The notes under the pieces: model-generated | The model's input: the letters and a program-made list of their open reading frames with translations, nothing else | What the model was told of the DNA's origin: nothing | Databases searched by the model: none | Shown here: piece by piece, positions 1 to 28,409 of the stretch | Layout of the letters: each line of letters opens with the position of its first letter | Numbering within the stretch: position 1 is the stretch's first letter | DNA from: the human T2T-CHM13v2.0 reference genome, Homo sapiens | DNA length: 64,000 nt | NCBI RefSeq assembly: GCF_009914755.1 | Contig: NC_060947.1 | Direction: 5' to 3' (one strand) | Position numbers and translations under genes: made by a program

Positions 1-146
1 TGCAGGTACCTCTGCAAATTAGACCTTCATCATTGTTTTGAAATGTCTAATAGGAAAAGATAGTTCAGATTCAAAATCCATTCACATTACATAAGAAATG
101 TAAACATTCCACTTGTCCACAAAAGAAAGAGCTGTCAGATTCTTAG

Positions 147-325
147 TTTTTTTGTTTTTTGTTTTTTTTGTTTTTTCCGGACAGGGTCTCACTCTGTCGA
201 CCAGGCCAAAGTGCAGTGGTACTATCTCGGCTCACTGCAGCCTCTGCCTCCTGGGTTCAAGTGATTCTCCTGCCTCAGCTTCCTGAGTAGCTGGGATTAC
301 AGGCACGTGCCACCATGCCTGGCTA
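147..325 (-). mobile_element. 5'-truncated Alu (right arm only)
   Basis: Poly-T/GTTTT tail followed by the reverse complement of the Alu right monomer, ending at ...ccatgcctggcta. Confidence 0.9.
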
Positions 326-433
326 CCAGGTTCTTTAAATATAATATCAACTGTTGCAAAATTGTAAATGGATGATAAAAAATGTTAAACGTTAACTTGT
401 GCTAACACAACTTCCCCTTGATGGTAGCTATCA

Positions 434-742
<309 letters not shown>

Positions 743-825
743 GTATTTGAAGTGTTCAGCAGTTCAGCATAAGTCCAGGTCAGAAATTGCCACTGTAAGC
801 ATAAAACCTCATATAAAGAGTTTTG

Positions 826-4262
<3,437 letters not shown>

Positions 4263-4291
4263 AAGCACAAGCTCAATTTATCGTATCATTA

Positions 4292-4980
<689 letters not shown>

Positions 4981-5101
4981 TACATTGGTCATTGTTGAAG
5001 GTGAGGATTTGTTATCTACTTATCTACTTTTATGTATGTTCGAAATTTCTCATAATAAAAAGTTAAAAAAGCAAAAGAGGGGGTTGGAAAGATTTCATTA
5101 G

Positions 5102-5499
<398 letters not shown>

Positions 5500-5829
5500 C
5501 CTAGTTAACTTTTTTTAAAAATTTCCTCCTTTTCCTTTTTTTCTCTTGAAGTTGAAGCCTTGGAGGTGCTTTTCATTCAGTTACAGAAAGCACCACCCCA
5601 GCTTAAAATGTATTTAATTTTATTTACAGGATTACATAATATACGGAAAATGAAATATATGTTTTTCCCACCGGGTCCCATTTTGACTCCCCCAATACCC
5701 TCCAGTTCATCCCGGAGTGCTGCAGATATCTATACATTTCCTGGATGTCTCAGGAGGTGAAAAAAAAAAAAAAAAAAAGGCAGGGAGGGAGCCCAACTGA
5801 CTCTACATCCAGAAACCTCTCTCAAGGCA

Positions 5830-6780
5830 GCTCGTGCCCCCAGGCAGGATTCCAACAGTGCAGAAGCCCCCAGTCCCCAAGTCCGGGGTGGCAAGGACTT
5901 CCAGCCTCCCCGGGGAGCCACCTTGGCCCTCCCTCCCTCCTGCTGGCTGGGTGCCGCGCTGCGGGGCTGCTCAGGTTGGTAACTGTGCAAAGCCGGGGCC
6001 CGCCTGCTGGACGATGGGGGTTAGGGGGGTGGGGGTGCTGCGAGGTGCGACAAGGCTCTCCCTCGCTGCAACCACGGAAAAGGCGGATCAGCCTCCATTA
6101 CAAACCGCTGTAGGAGGGGCCAGAAGCTTGGCCTGGCCAGACCGGGCCGTCGTTGAATCCCTGCATCCATCTTGCCCAGGTTCCCTGCTGAGTCCCCCGC
6201 TGGGCTGTGATCGTTGCGGATTTAAACACCACACTGTGGAAGCGGAGATGGCCCCGCGTGCACCGCTGAAGTGAAGGGGCTCGTGGCAAATGATGCGGGG
6301 GGACAGCGGCCAGAGCAGACCCCGGCGGGGTGGCCCGCCCGGGAGGTGGCTGAGGGTCCCCGGCTGCGGGGTGAGGGGCGGGACCGGGAGGCACACCCTC
6401 CGTGATCGCCACCAGAGGCCGCCTGGAACCCGAGTTTCAACCTCCCGGGGATCCTGTCCCGCTTCCCAGCGATGTTTGCCATGACTGCTGCGAGTTCTCC
6501 GACCTCGAGGCCACTCTCCTTTCCTTCCAAGGACGCCCAGAACCCGCGGAGGGAGGAGGGGGTGAGGGAGGAGGGAGAGAGGAGGCAGGAGGGAGGGAGG
6601 AAGGTGGCGGGGAGAAGAAGAGAGGGAGGGAGGAAAAGGAAGGAACTGCGTTGGCCTGTCGCCTCCGCACTGTAAGATTCTGGCACCCAGGGTCCCGGCC
6701 CCCTCTCCTGGGGCCAAACGTTCCGGTTCCCGATGCCAGGCTGCAGAAAAAATGAGCACACTGAACACGTGGACTAGCAC
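5830..6780. promoter_or_regulatory. Non-repeat CpG island, putative promoter/enhancer (a lncRNA, possibly LINC02601, is recalled near here)
   Basis: High GC and CpG density outside any repeat; GC box ggggcggga at 6375, CTCF-like ccaccagaggccgc at 6409-6422, polypurine tract 6547-6645, E-box cacgtg at ~6767. The lncRNA name is from memory only. Confidence 0.75.
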
Positions 6781-7564
6781 ATAAATAAGGTTATTACCTC
6801 CTTTTTATTTTTTGCACACTAATTAATAAACTACTGCAACGGAAAAAGAGAAAGCAGGCAGAATGCAAACAGCCTCTCGGTGGCTCTGTTATGTAGGAGG
6901 GAGGTATGGAGGCTGCTTGGTGGTCAAAGAATTCCTCCAATGCCCGCTCCAAAGCGGAGCCCTGCAACGGCCTTAAATCAAAAGGAAAGCGGGTGTCAGC
7001 AGCAAGCACAGAAAGTGGGGCCTAGTTCAGCCAGGAGCTAACACAATATTCCTGCTGGGGTGGGGATGGGGGCACGACTATTACAAAACTAGGGCCCCCT
7101 GAAAGCGCCCTGCCCCACCCAACACACACATTCACTTCCTTGTAGGTTTGCGCTGCAGGCAGCTTCCGTTGAACCATACCCGGACCTCCACCCACCATGA
7201 CCAGAGCTGCTGGGGCTGGGAGCAGGCACCTGCCCCAAGCACTGGGCCACCAGCGTCCCCTTGCCCAGGAATTTAGGATTGGGGTACAGAAAGGGAAAAC
7301 AGTGTCTATGGAAAGCGGGAGATCATCCTGTGTAAACAGGGGAGCTGGGGAGAGAGAGGCCACAGGGATTCTGCCTTCCGCCTCACTGCAGCATCCTCCC
7401 AGCATCTGTAACCATCCCTGTCTTCCGGTTCCCGAGGCACCCATGACCTATAACGTCCTTCTGGGGCTCAGTGAGCTAGAAACTTCTGTTACTTGCACCC
7501 AGCAGAGTTCTAAATAATATGCCCTCAAAACCAAGTTTGCTTTCTCATTTTACTTTTTTTTTTT

Positions 7565-8003
7565 TTAAATAGACTTTATTTTTTTCGAGCAGTTTTAGGT
7601 TCACAGCAAAACTGAGAGGAAGGTGCAGAGATTTCCCATATTCCTCGCTGCCCCTGCACAAGCACAACCTCCCCCCAGCAGCATCCCCCTCCAGATGAGC
7701 CTGCATGGACACATCATTATCACCCAGGAGCCACAGCTGACATCAGGGTTCACTGTCGCTATGGTACATTCTGTGGGTTTGGACTAATGCATAATGCCAC
7801 ACATCCACCATTATAGTGTCATACGGAGTATTTTCACTGCCCTACAAATCCGCTGTGCTTCACCTATTCATCCCCCCTCCCCACAACACCTGGTGGCTGC
7901 TGAATTATTTTTCACCTTCTCCATAGTCTTGCTTTTTCCAGAATGCCATATAGTTGGAATCATATAGTATGCAGCCTTTTCAGATTGGCTTTCGCTTAGT
8001 AAT
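7565..8003 (-). mobile_element. L1MC1-like LINE-1 3' UTR end
   Basis: Reverse-complement similarity to the L1MC 3' end at ~1070-1846 (agcagttttaggttcacagcaaaa, gagtattttcactgcccta, tttcagattggctt). Confidence 0.8.
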
Positions 8004-8623
8004 TCCTTTTACTTTTGCAGTAAAAGTTTCCTGCTTACGTTTTCCCAACCCTTCTCTCATTTAGTGTATGGTACATACACGGTACAACACATCTTCCAAT
8101 TGAGGAAAAATCTCATTTCAGGCCTACAAAAAAATTAGAATCAAGTGTTTTTCCTTTCAGAAAAAGGAAATTAACATTTGTGGAAAACTTGAAATGAGAG
8201 ATCCCGGCATTTCTATTTCCAGCCATAGTGCAACCTGTCTAAAGCGTTCTCTGATTCATCTTCCAGAGAGAGTTTTAAACACCTGGGGAAGCATGCGCAG
8301 AAAAGCGGTTTCCTCACCCAAGGATGGCCACGACCCTGTGGCCTGACACTCATGGCACGGTTCTGAGGGCTGCTCCCCTCTGCCCTGGCAGCGTGATTCC
8401 ATCTGCCGTGACGAGAGTCCAGCGGCGCTCTGCATTGAAGCAAAGCCATGGAGCCCTGTTGCAGGAGCACCTGCAAACACTCATCGCCTCCTTATTTCTC
8501 CGGAGGTCATAATCATTGTGCCATTGGCAGGTGTTTCTCTCACTTAATCCCCACTCTGTCTCTGCAACCCTCTCCCATCAGCCATAATAACAGCAACAGC
8601 AGTTTAAATGTACTGACTGTTGA

Positions 8624-11129
<2,506 letters not shown>

Positions 11130-11252
11130 GCCTCTTTCTTAATGGTAGGTGGTACCGCCTGTCTTTCACTTTGGCAGTGACACCCCACCTTCCTCAAGGT
11201 GGTGGGAATGTCTGTAGGTGAATAGTGAATTCAGTTTTTGAAGAAGCCATCA

Positions 11253-13898
<2,646 letters not shown>

Positions 13899-14199
13899 AC
13901 CTCTACTGGTGATTCAGAGGTACCCACTGGAGAACTTGGTTTCTCTGGTTTCTTTGTGCTGTTTAAGTCTGTCTCCATCTCTCTAGTTTCCTATGGGGCT
14001 AGTGACCCCCATGCACACTCTCCCTGACCAGGAAGAGCTCCACGGCTTACCTAGCAGGGCTGAGATCCCACAGGGCCTGCCAGGCCCACCTTTCCAACTG
14101 CAGAGGCTGCTCAGGTCTATGACTACCCCTGATTGAGGGCGTTAGCAAGGAGGAAAGATGCGCTCTAAGCAATCAGGGGAAAGACTTTAGAGAGCTATG

Positions 14200-14358
14200 C
14201 AAATGCTCACACTGGAGCATGCATCAGAATCCCCTGGAGGGAATTCTGGGCCCAGAGTTTCTGAATAAGGCTGGGGTAGGACCTGAGAATCTGCATTTCT
14301 ATCAGGATCCCGATGCTGCTGCTGGTCCTGGTCCCTGCAGGTCACCTTGAGAGCCAGG
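14200..14358 (+). mobile_element. MER5A-like hAT-Charlie DNA transposon fossil
   Basis: gcatcagaatcccctggagg ... cctgagaatctgcatttct ... gatgctgctgctggtcc ... ccttgaga. Confidence 0.75.
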
Positions 14359-14476
14359 GATGCTGAGAAGGAAGAGGGGAAAGGCAGCTGAGGGCCTTTT
14401 CTAATTAGCAAGCTCTCCTCCCCAGGGCTTTCCTTGGGTTTCAGAACAAACCTCAGCTCTGGCTGCCCCTGGCTAG

Positions 14477-14883
<407 letters not shown>

Positions 14884-15087
14884 TGCAACACCCGGCTTCT
14901 GCAATCAGCCGCTCCCTCCATCCCATGCAAGAGGCAATGGTCTGAGCTCTCAGTTGAGAAATGTGGGCCATAGCCAAATTCACTAAGGTGGCAGTGTCAG
15001 GGAAATGAGTGCACAACCAAGAAGCGGCCTCCCTCAGTGAGTACATGATGACTCCCCTAAAAAGGAACGGTTAGCCAAGGTCTAGAT

Positions 15088-15965
<878 letters not shown>

Positions 15966-15974
15966 CTCCAGAGC

Positions 15975-16374
<400 letters not shown>

Positions 16375-17057
16375 ACATCATCCATCAACTTTCACTTACA
16401 TCTCAATGGTTGTCCCCACTCAGCTGCAGGGGAGGCTGGGAAACATCATTTTCTTGTCTGGGCACAATTCTGTCCCCAATAACATAGGGGGACTGTTAAT
16501 AAGAGAGAAGGGGAGAAAGGGGATCAGTTAGGCATGTCTACCATTTTGCTAAGCAAACTTCCCACACAATAATTTGGTCTCCCCAGCTCCTTTATTTACA
16601 ACAGGAGGGCTCTCAATGGGGAACCCTGATGCTCTGTGCAAGCAGGACGTGAAGGCTAAGGTAGGGTTGTCAGCTGCCTGGCTGAGTTTGAAGGTTTGCT
16701 CCAAAAACCCACAGTAAAGACCAGCAAAGACTGGGAGACTTATGGTTTCCAAATACTTAAGGAAATCTCAATCCATTCATTAGCTGACCACTAAGCTAAC
16801 CCAGTGGACTTCAGTGGCCACACATGACAAAGAACACACAGAATTAGTTCAGAAGCAAACAAGAATAGACAGTAGTAACACAATGCACCCTGGAGGGGGA
16901 GAGAATCTGATTTCTAGAGTTATTCCATAATATTTCAAGGGTCCAATTTTCAGAAAGTTTATGGGACAAAAAGAAACTGAAGTGATGATAGTTGCAAACA
17001 TCTGTGAAAATACTAAAACAACATAATTATACACTTTAAATGGGTGGATTGTATGGG

Positions 17058-18335
<1,278 letters not shown>

Positions 18336-18727
18336 ACGCTAATGTTTATTAAATAGAGACCATCTCTATTTAATACAAATTAATTTTTAAAAAACAGAAT
18401 GCCTGGGAGGTGCTGGGGAGACTTGTAATAGAGTTATGTGACAGCTGTCAGTGGTTTGGGTCACAGGAAGGAGAGAGGCTGTACTAAGGACATTATTTGG
18501 GTTTGATTTTTTTCAAGGACAGGGGAGATACGGATCCTGTTTACAGCCTGTGACAGTGATGTCTGGTGAAAGAGAGAAAGAAAACGTAAGAGGGACATGG
18601 GAAATCAAGAAACACCCAAGAGACAGGGAATGAGTAGGATGCGTTCAAGGGCTAGGTCAGCCTTGGGAAGGTGCATGACCACTCAGCCAGTTTGCTTCAG
18701 GAAGGATCTGATGGGCACATGGAGACA

Positions 18728-18730
<3 letters not shown>

Positions 18731-18758
<28 letters not shown>
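18731..18758. repeat. (CA)n microsatellite
   Basis: About 14 perfect AC units visible. Confidence 0.97.
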
Positions 18759-19570
18759 CCAGAGGTGAAGGCAAGGCCAGTTCACCAGGCCTGGGAAGAG
18801 GAGGCCCCAGTGAACTGCTCTGTAGGAGCCTGGGGCTGGGGGAGAGCCACAGCTTTGAACCTGCTCTTAGGAAAAGCAGGGAGCCGCCTGGGATTGTCAG
18901 GCATAGAGCTGGAACTTATTAATCAGTAATGAAGCCAGTCAGCGCGTTTATGGATTCTACCCTAGCAACCTGGGAGCAAAGCAGAGGAATGAACATTTCA
19001 GATGCCAGTTCCCTCGCAGTCCCCTGGACCGTGCTGGCTTCTCCCTGCAACGCAGAATGTCTGGATGGGACTGTCCCTGGTGGGGTGGGGAAGTTGCTGT
19101 CCAGATGAGGCCTGGCCTGTGCTCTCCAGCAAGGTGCCCACCTCTCAAGGGCTTCTGCTTGTGTGTGTCTTAGCTGCTATGCACTTGGCCATCTTAGACC
19201 CCTGGCCAGGCCCTAGGTGTGTGTGGCGGTAGGTGGGACTGGATGCAGGGTGCATCTCCTGTGTTCACTGCCAGCCTCCAAGGTCCCTTTGCTCAAGGGG
19301 GAGAATGGGCAGAGGTTGCTGGGAGTTAGCTTCCTCCGGAGCCCTAACCTTTCATCTGCTTCTCAGTCATCCCCAGGGATTTACGAGAAAGCAGAGCCCC
19401 TGCTCTGAAGAAGGAAAACCCTCCCCTGAGGTGGCTTTCAGCCAGAGCCCCAGCACTTTTTATGCTTATCTGTCACATGACATCCTCCTCTGTTTAGTTT
19501 TTTCCACTTTTAATTATCTTATTATTGCAAGATTACATGCTTATTGTCAGACATTCAAACTATGTGGAAA

Positions 19571-20382
<812 letters not shown>

Positions 20383-20399
20383 TAAAAATAGAAAAACTT

Positions 20400-21031
20400 T
20401 ATAATTTACCATTTTAACCATTTTTACTTGTCCAGTTCAGTGGCATTCAGTACATTCACATTGTTGTGCAACCATCATGACCATCCATCTCTAGAACCTT
20501 TTCATCTTCCCAAACTGAAATTTTGTATCCCTTAAACACTAATTCCCTATTTTCCCCTCCCCACTAGCTGCTGACAACCACCATTCCATTTTCTGTCTCT
20601 ATGAACCTAACTATTCTAGAGACCTCAGATAAGTGGACTCACAATATGTGTCCTTTTGTGTCTGGCTTCTTTCACTTAGTAGAATATCTATGTTTCACCT
20701 ATGTTGTAGCATGTGTCAGAATTTCCTTCCTACAAAATTTATTTTCTACAAAAAATAAACAAAAATTAAAAATACAAAAATTAGCTGGGTGTGATGGTGC
20801 ATGCCTGTGGTCCCAGCTACTTGGGAGGCTGAGGTGGCAGGATTACTTGAGACCGGGAGGTCAAGGCTGCAGTGAGCTGTGATTGTGCCACTGTACTCCA
20901 GCCTGGGTGACAGTGAGACCCTGTCTCAAAAAAAAAAAAAAAAAAGTCCTTACTTTTTAAGCCTGAATAATATTCCATTGTATAGATGTATCGCACTTGT
21001 TTACCCATGGACATCATTTGGGTTGTCTCCA
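20400..21031 (-). mobile_element. L1MB-type 3' end, interrupted by an Alu right arm (~20745-20945)
   Basis: gttcagtggcatt..gtacattcacattgttgtgcaaccatc, ttgtagcatgtgtcagaatttccttc and gaataatattccattgtat. Confidence 0.85.
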
Positions 21032-21045
21032 CAAGCATGTATTCC

Positions 21046-21342
21046 TTTTTTTTTTTTTTTTTTTTTTGAGACAGTGTCTCACTCTGTCACTCAGGCTGGA
21101 GTGCAGTGATGCAATCTCGGCTCACTGCAATCTCTGCCTCTCGGCTTCAAGCAACTCTCCTGCCTCAGACTCCCTAGTAGCTGGGATTACAGGCATCTGC
21201 CACCATGCCTGGCTAATTTTTGTATTTTTAGTGGAGATGAGGTTTTGCCACGTTGGCCAGGCTGGTCTCAAACTCCTGGGCAATCCACCCGCCTCACCCT
21301 CCCAAAGTGCTGGGATTACAGATGTGAGCCACTGCGCCTGGC
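21046..21342 (-). mobile_element. AluS
   Basis: Alu consensus; TSD caag(c/a)atgtattc. Confidence 0.93.
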
Positions 21343-22204
21343 AAGAATGTATTCTTATATGAAAGAATATCAGTGAATCTTGTTGATTCTCACTCCCAAA
21401 AATTCATTGGATGGTTTTAGTTCCTGATTGACACAGAAGAGCCCAGCAGGCAGGCCCTCTCTCCTTCCATGTCTATAATCAGATGGCCTCTTAAGCCAGG
21501 CCCCCCTCTCACATTCTGGATCCTGTGGTGCTTTTTGCCCCTGCACCTTTGTCCCACTAATTTTGCCTTTCTTCTGGCAGTTTCTGTTGCCTAAAACTCT
21601 CTTTGTGCTCCTTCCTGCCTGGCCATTCCCTTCCTGGCCCCTGGGACTAGGCCAACTCTCCCCTCACCCAATCACTCCCTGCTGTTTGTATCTAAAGCAG
21701 TATTTTGCAGATTAGCATGAGATTTACCTCATAGTGTTATTTTGACTTCCCAACTAACTGTAGACACCCCTTTTAAGGTGCCCTTGTCTCTGGCATTCTC
21801 CCTGGCTCTAGGTCTGATACTGGACACAGTCATTTATGGAGGGCTTGACTCCATAGGATCCTGAAAGCCTGGCCAAGCAATTTAGACTCTGTGCTAGTGG
21901 GACATTCTTAAGCAAGGCAGTGACAAAACCAAGCAGTATTTTATGCAGATTTGTGTTGGGGCAGGAGAGTAAACTAAACTAAATGCCCTTTGCAAGCCCT
22001 ACGAACTGTGGCTTTCTCTCCATATCTGGTTAATGCTCCCTGTCTTATTAATAAATGGACAGTATACATTTACTGCACATTTGCAGCTGGCGTTCAGAAT
22101 AATGATTACAAAGTCATTGTGCAGGCCTTGTGGCACGAGACTGGACAACAGTCAGCATGGTGGAGAGGAAAATGTACTGAAGAGATCTGAAAAATCACAT
22201 GCAA

Positions 22205-23205
22205 TCGCTATGAACAGCTTTATGCCAATTAATTTGGAAAACTTGATGAAAGAGACAATCTTCTAGATGTACAATAACTAAATCAATTAAGAAATGGGAT
22301 ATCAGAATAACCAATAACGCTTTTTAAAAATACGAAACAGAAAGCCAAAAATCTCTCCCAAGGCCCCCACCCTACCTCCACAAAAGAAAGAAAAAAGAAA
22401 GGAAGCAAGGGAGAGAGGGAAAGAGGGAGGAAAGAAGAGAACCAGGTTCAGACAATTTCATGGATGCGTTTTACCTAATCTTCAAAAAATAGGAAATCCT
22501 ACCTAATGTAAATGGTTACAGAAAATAGAAAAGAGGGCTGGGCACAGTGGCTTACGCCTGTAATCCCAGCACTTTGGGAGGCCAAGGTGGGTGGATCATG
22601 AGGTCAGGAGTTTGAGACCAGCCTGGCCAACATGGTGAAACCCCGTCTCTACTAAAAATACAAAAATTAGCCAGGCGTGGTGGCACACACCTGTAATCCC
22701 AACTATCTGGGAGGCTGAGGCAAAGAGAATCGCTTGAACCTGGGAGGCAGAGGTTGCAGTGAGCAGTGATTGCACTCCAGCCTGGGCAAGAGAGCGAATC
22801 TCCATCAAAAAAAAAAAAAAAAAAAAAAATAGAAAAGAGAGGAAGCTGCCCAATTCATTTTATGGAACTATTAGAATCCTGATATTTGGTCTACGGCCAT
22901 ACCACCCTGAATGCACCCAAACCCATCTGATCTCGGAAGCTAAGCAGGGTCGGGCCTGGTTAGTACTTGGATGGGAGAATCCTGATATTAAAACAAGAAA
23001 GTAGAGTATCAAGATAAGAAAGAAATAGGCTGAACTCACTTATGAACAGAAATTCAAAAATCCTAAATAAAATAATAGCAAATTGAATTCAGCAGTGTGT
23101 TAAGACACTAAAACATGGCCAAGCAGGATTATTGCAAGAATGCAAAGATGGCTCAACATCAGCAAATCTACCATGACATTCACTGTGTTGATAGAAGAAA
23201 ACAGA
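22205..23205 (+). mobile_element. Decayed L1M ORF2 fragment (start of RT domain) hosting an Alu (22536-22829) and the 5S retrocopy
   Basis: Translates to KLPNSFYG and NSKILNKIIAN*IQQ...GLLQECKDGS, matching L1 ORF2 LPNSFYEA...DAKILNKILANRIQQ; Alu TSD aaaatagaaaagag. Confidence 0.8.
22889..22978 (+). pseudogene. RNA5SP502: 5S rRNA retropseudogene, nt 1-90, tailless
   Basis: GTCTACGGCCATACCACCCTGAA...GGTTAGTACTTGGATGGGAGA, 6 mismatches to recalled human 5S; TSD agaatcctgatatt at 22873-22886 and 22976-22989. The symbol is from memory and less certain than the 5S call. Confidence 0.95.
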
Positions 23206-23234
23206 AATAACACTGGTATGGGCATTAAAAGACA

Positions 23235-23400
23235 GACTTAAGTTCCATCTCTGCTCTGCCATTAACTAGCTGTGTAACATTTTACCTCTTTCCTATCCCC
23301 ACATGGGTTCCCCAGCTCTTCCCTGAGGAGGGGAGCACAGCATTGAGAATCAGTCTGCTCCTCTCCCTGCCTCATTTTCTTCATCTGTAAAATGAAGAAA
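23235..23400 (-). mobile_element. MIR fragment
   Basis: ctctgccattaactagctgtgtaac ... cctcattttcttcatctgtaaaatg. Confidence 0.7.
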
Positions 23401-23702
23401 CATTCGAATTCCATGATTTTGCAGGCTTTGTGAAGGAAGCATGATGAAGTCCAACAAACAGTGAGGGAAATTTGCTGTGTAGCTGGGTCCTGGCTAAGTC
23501 ATTGCATCCATAGTGCTGGTGGCTGCCTCAGAGGAGATCAAGCTGGCAGTGCCACCCTGTGGCCTATTGGGAAGTGCATAAAAAGCACAGACACCATCAG
23601 GGCAGACTGCAGACCAGAAGAAACACTCTGTAACTAAATACAGTGGTGGATGAGGGAAGTCACCATCACCACGTGAAGTAGTTTTAAACATAAAACAAAA
23701 TC

Positions 23703-23953
<251 letters not shown>

Positions 23954-23967
23954 TCAAGCCTCTAGAT

Positions 23968-24802
<835 letters not shown>

Positions 24803-25373
24803 TTTCACTCTAACTTCCAATTTACAAGAGAATATCAAGGACAGAGGAACATGTGAATCTGCACCATGAGTGTGCACTAAGCAATATTCAGGCAATGAGA
24901 AACTCTTATGGACAAACTATTCAGTTTCTTTAAAAACAACAAATTGCAAGAAAAAAAATGAGATGGAGGGTAAACCTACAGACTAACAGACTTAAGAAAC
25001 ATATTAGCCAAATGCAATGTATGGACTTATTTGGATCTCGATTCAAACAAACTATTAAAAATGTATAAGATGGCCAGGGGCAGTGGCTCACTCCTGTAAT
25101 CCCAGCACTTTGGGAGGCCGAGGCAGGCGGATCACCTGAGGTTGGGAGTTCGAGACCAGCCTGGCCAACATAGTGAAACCCCATCTCCACCAAAAATACA
25201 AAAATTAGCTAGGTGTGTGTTCTGTGTGGGAAACGTGAGAGGGGAGAAGAAAAGACACACACACAATACCTTCAAGGGTAAACAATCTTTATCCCACGTA
25301 AATGGCAATGCAGATATAATAGGCAAATGATATAACAAGCAAATTGAAATGGGAAGGGGATAAGGGAAAAGAT

Positions 25374-25376
<3 letters not shown>

Positions 25377-25424
<48 letters not shown>
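25377..25424. repeat. (GATA)12 tetranucleotide STR inside the LTR
   Basis: Directly counted. Confidence 0.95.
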
Positions 25425-25446
25425 TACACACATATATATATATATT

Positions 25447-25588
25447 TACACTCACCAGACTATGGAGGATTCACCACCAGACCAGGAAGCAACAGCCTGG
25501 GCTCCAGAGTCAGACACTACACTCACCAGACTATGGAGGACTCACCACCAGACTGGAAAGCAACAGCCTGGGCTCCAGAGTTGGCCAC
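25447..25588. repeat. Two-copy 71-bp tandem repeat inside the LTR
   Basis: tacactcaccagactatggagga(t/c)tcaccaccagac...gcaacagcctgggctccagagt starts at 25447 and again at 25518. Confidence 0.93.
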
Positions 25589-26181
25589 TCATCAGTGCAC
25601 AGATGAGGAGAGGTCTCATGAAGCTTCGGTGCAGTCTGGGACCCTCTTTTTGTAACGAGTTGTTTAGCATGAGGCCCAGTCATGAGGGCCCTTTGGGACT
25701 GGGCTCAAGGACCACAAAAAGGTCAACTTGTTTTTGTGATTGTCTGTTGCTTTTCTTTTTCTTTTTTTTTTTTTTTTTTGAGACGGAGTCTCGCTGTGTC
25801 GCCAGGCTAGAGTGCAGTGGCGCTCACTGCAACCTCCGCCTCCCGGGTTCAAGTGATTCTTCTGCCTCAGCCTTGCGAGTAGCTAGGATTACAGGTGTGC
25901 GCCACCACACCCAGCTAATTTTTGTATTTTTAGTAGAGACGGGGTTTCACTATGTGGGCCAGGATGGTCTCCATCTCCTAACCTCGTGATCCGCCCGCCT
26001 CTCCTCCCAAAGTGTTGGGATTACAGGTGTGAGCCACTGCGCCTGTCTGTTGTTTTTCAATAACTAATGTACAGGAATAGATTGAAATAGAGATTTCTCT
26101 GAAACAGTGCTGGATGAATGCCTCAAGGGGCTCACACAAACTATTCTGGGACTTGGTGACCATTGTTTTTGCCCATGTTCA

Positions 26182-26820
<639 letters not shown>

Positions 26821-26935
26821 TTACAGCTATCTTTGGAAAAATCTACAAATGATATGATATCTGGGATTTGCTGCAAAGCATTCTGGACATGGAGGAGTGG
26901 GTGAAGGTATGGAGGCAATAAGATTGGCCATCGGT

Positions 26936-28146
<1,211 letters not shown>

Positions 28147-28409
28147 AGGGAAGTTGGGATGATGATGAGAAGAGAGGGGAAAGGAGATTGTGGAAAGGGA
28201 ATTCTACATGATGAGAGAAGCATACCAGAAGGGCCCAGAGAAGGGTGCCTGGGATAGTGAGATGCCTGGAAATGCATGAGGTTGGAAAGGACCTTACCGG
28301 GCTCCATTGCACAGCCCTGGGATGCCCTCTCCCTCCCAGTTTCTTCACCCAAAAGCCTCCATCTGCTTTTTGAACACGTGACTCAGACTGTATGCCCACT
28401 GGGACCATA

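Noticed and set aside
5745-6780. Overlapping ORFs of up to 230 aa in the CpG island
   Set aside because: Low-complexity Pro/Gly/Arg/Ser ORFs on both strands are expected from stop-codon scarcity in GC-rich DNA; no recognisable domain.
22889-22978. Functional 5S rRNA gene
   Set aside because: Missing the last ~30 nt and the terminator, flanked by a TSD, inserted in an L1 fossil.
25447-25588. CRISPR-like repeat-spacer array
   Set aside because: Only two adjacent units with no unique spacers, inside a retroviral LTR in a primate genome.
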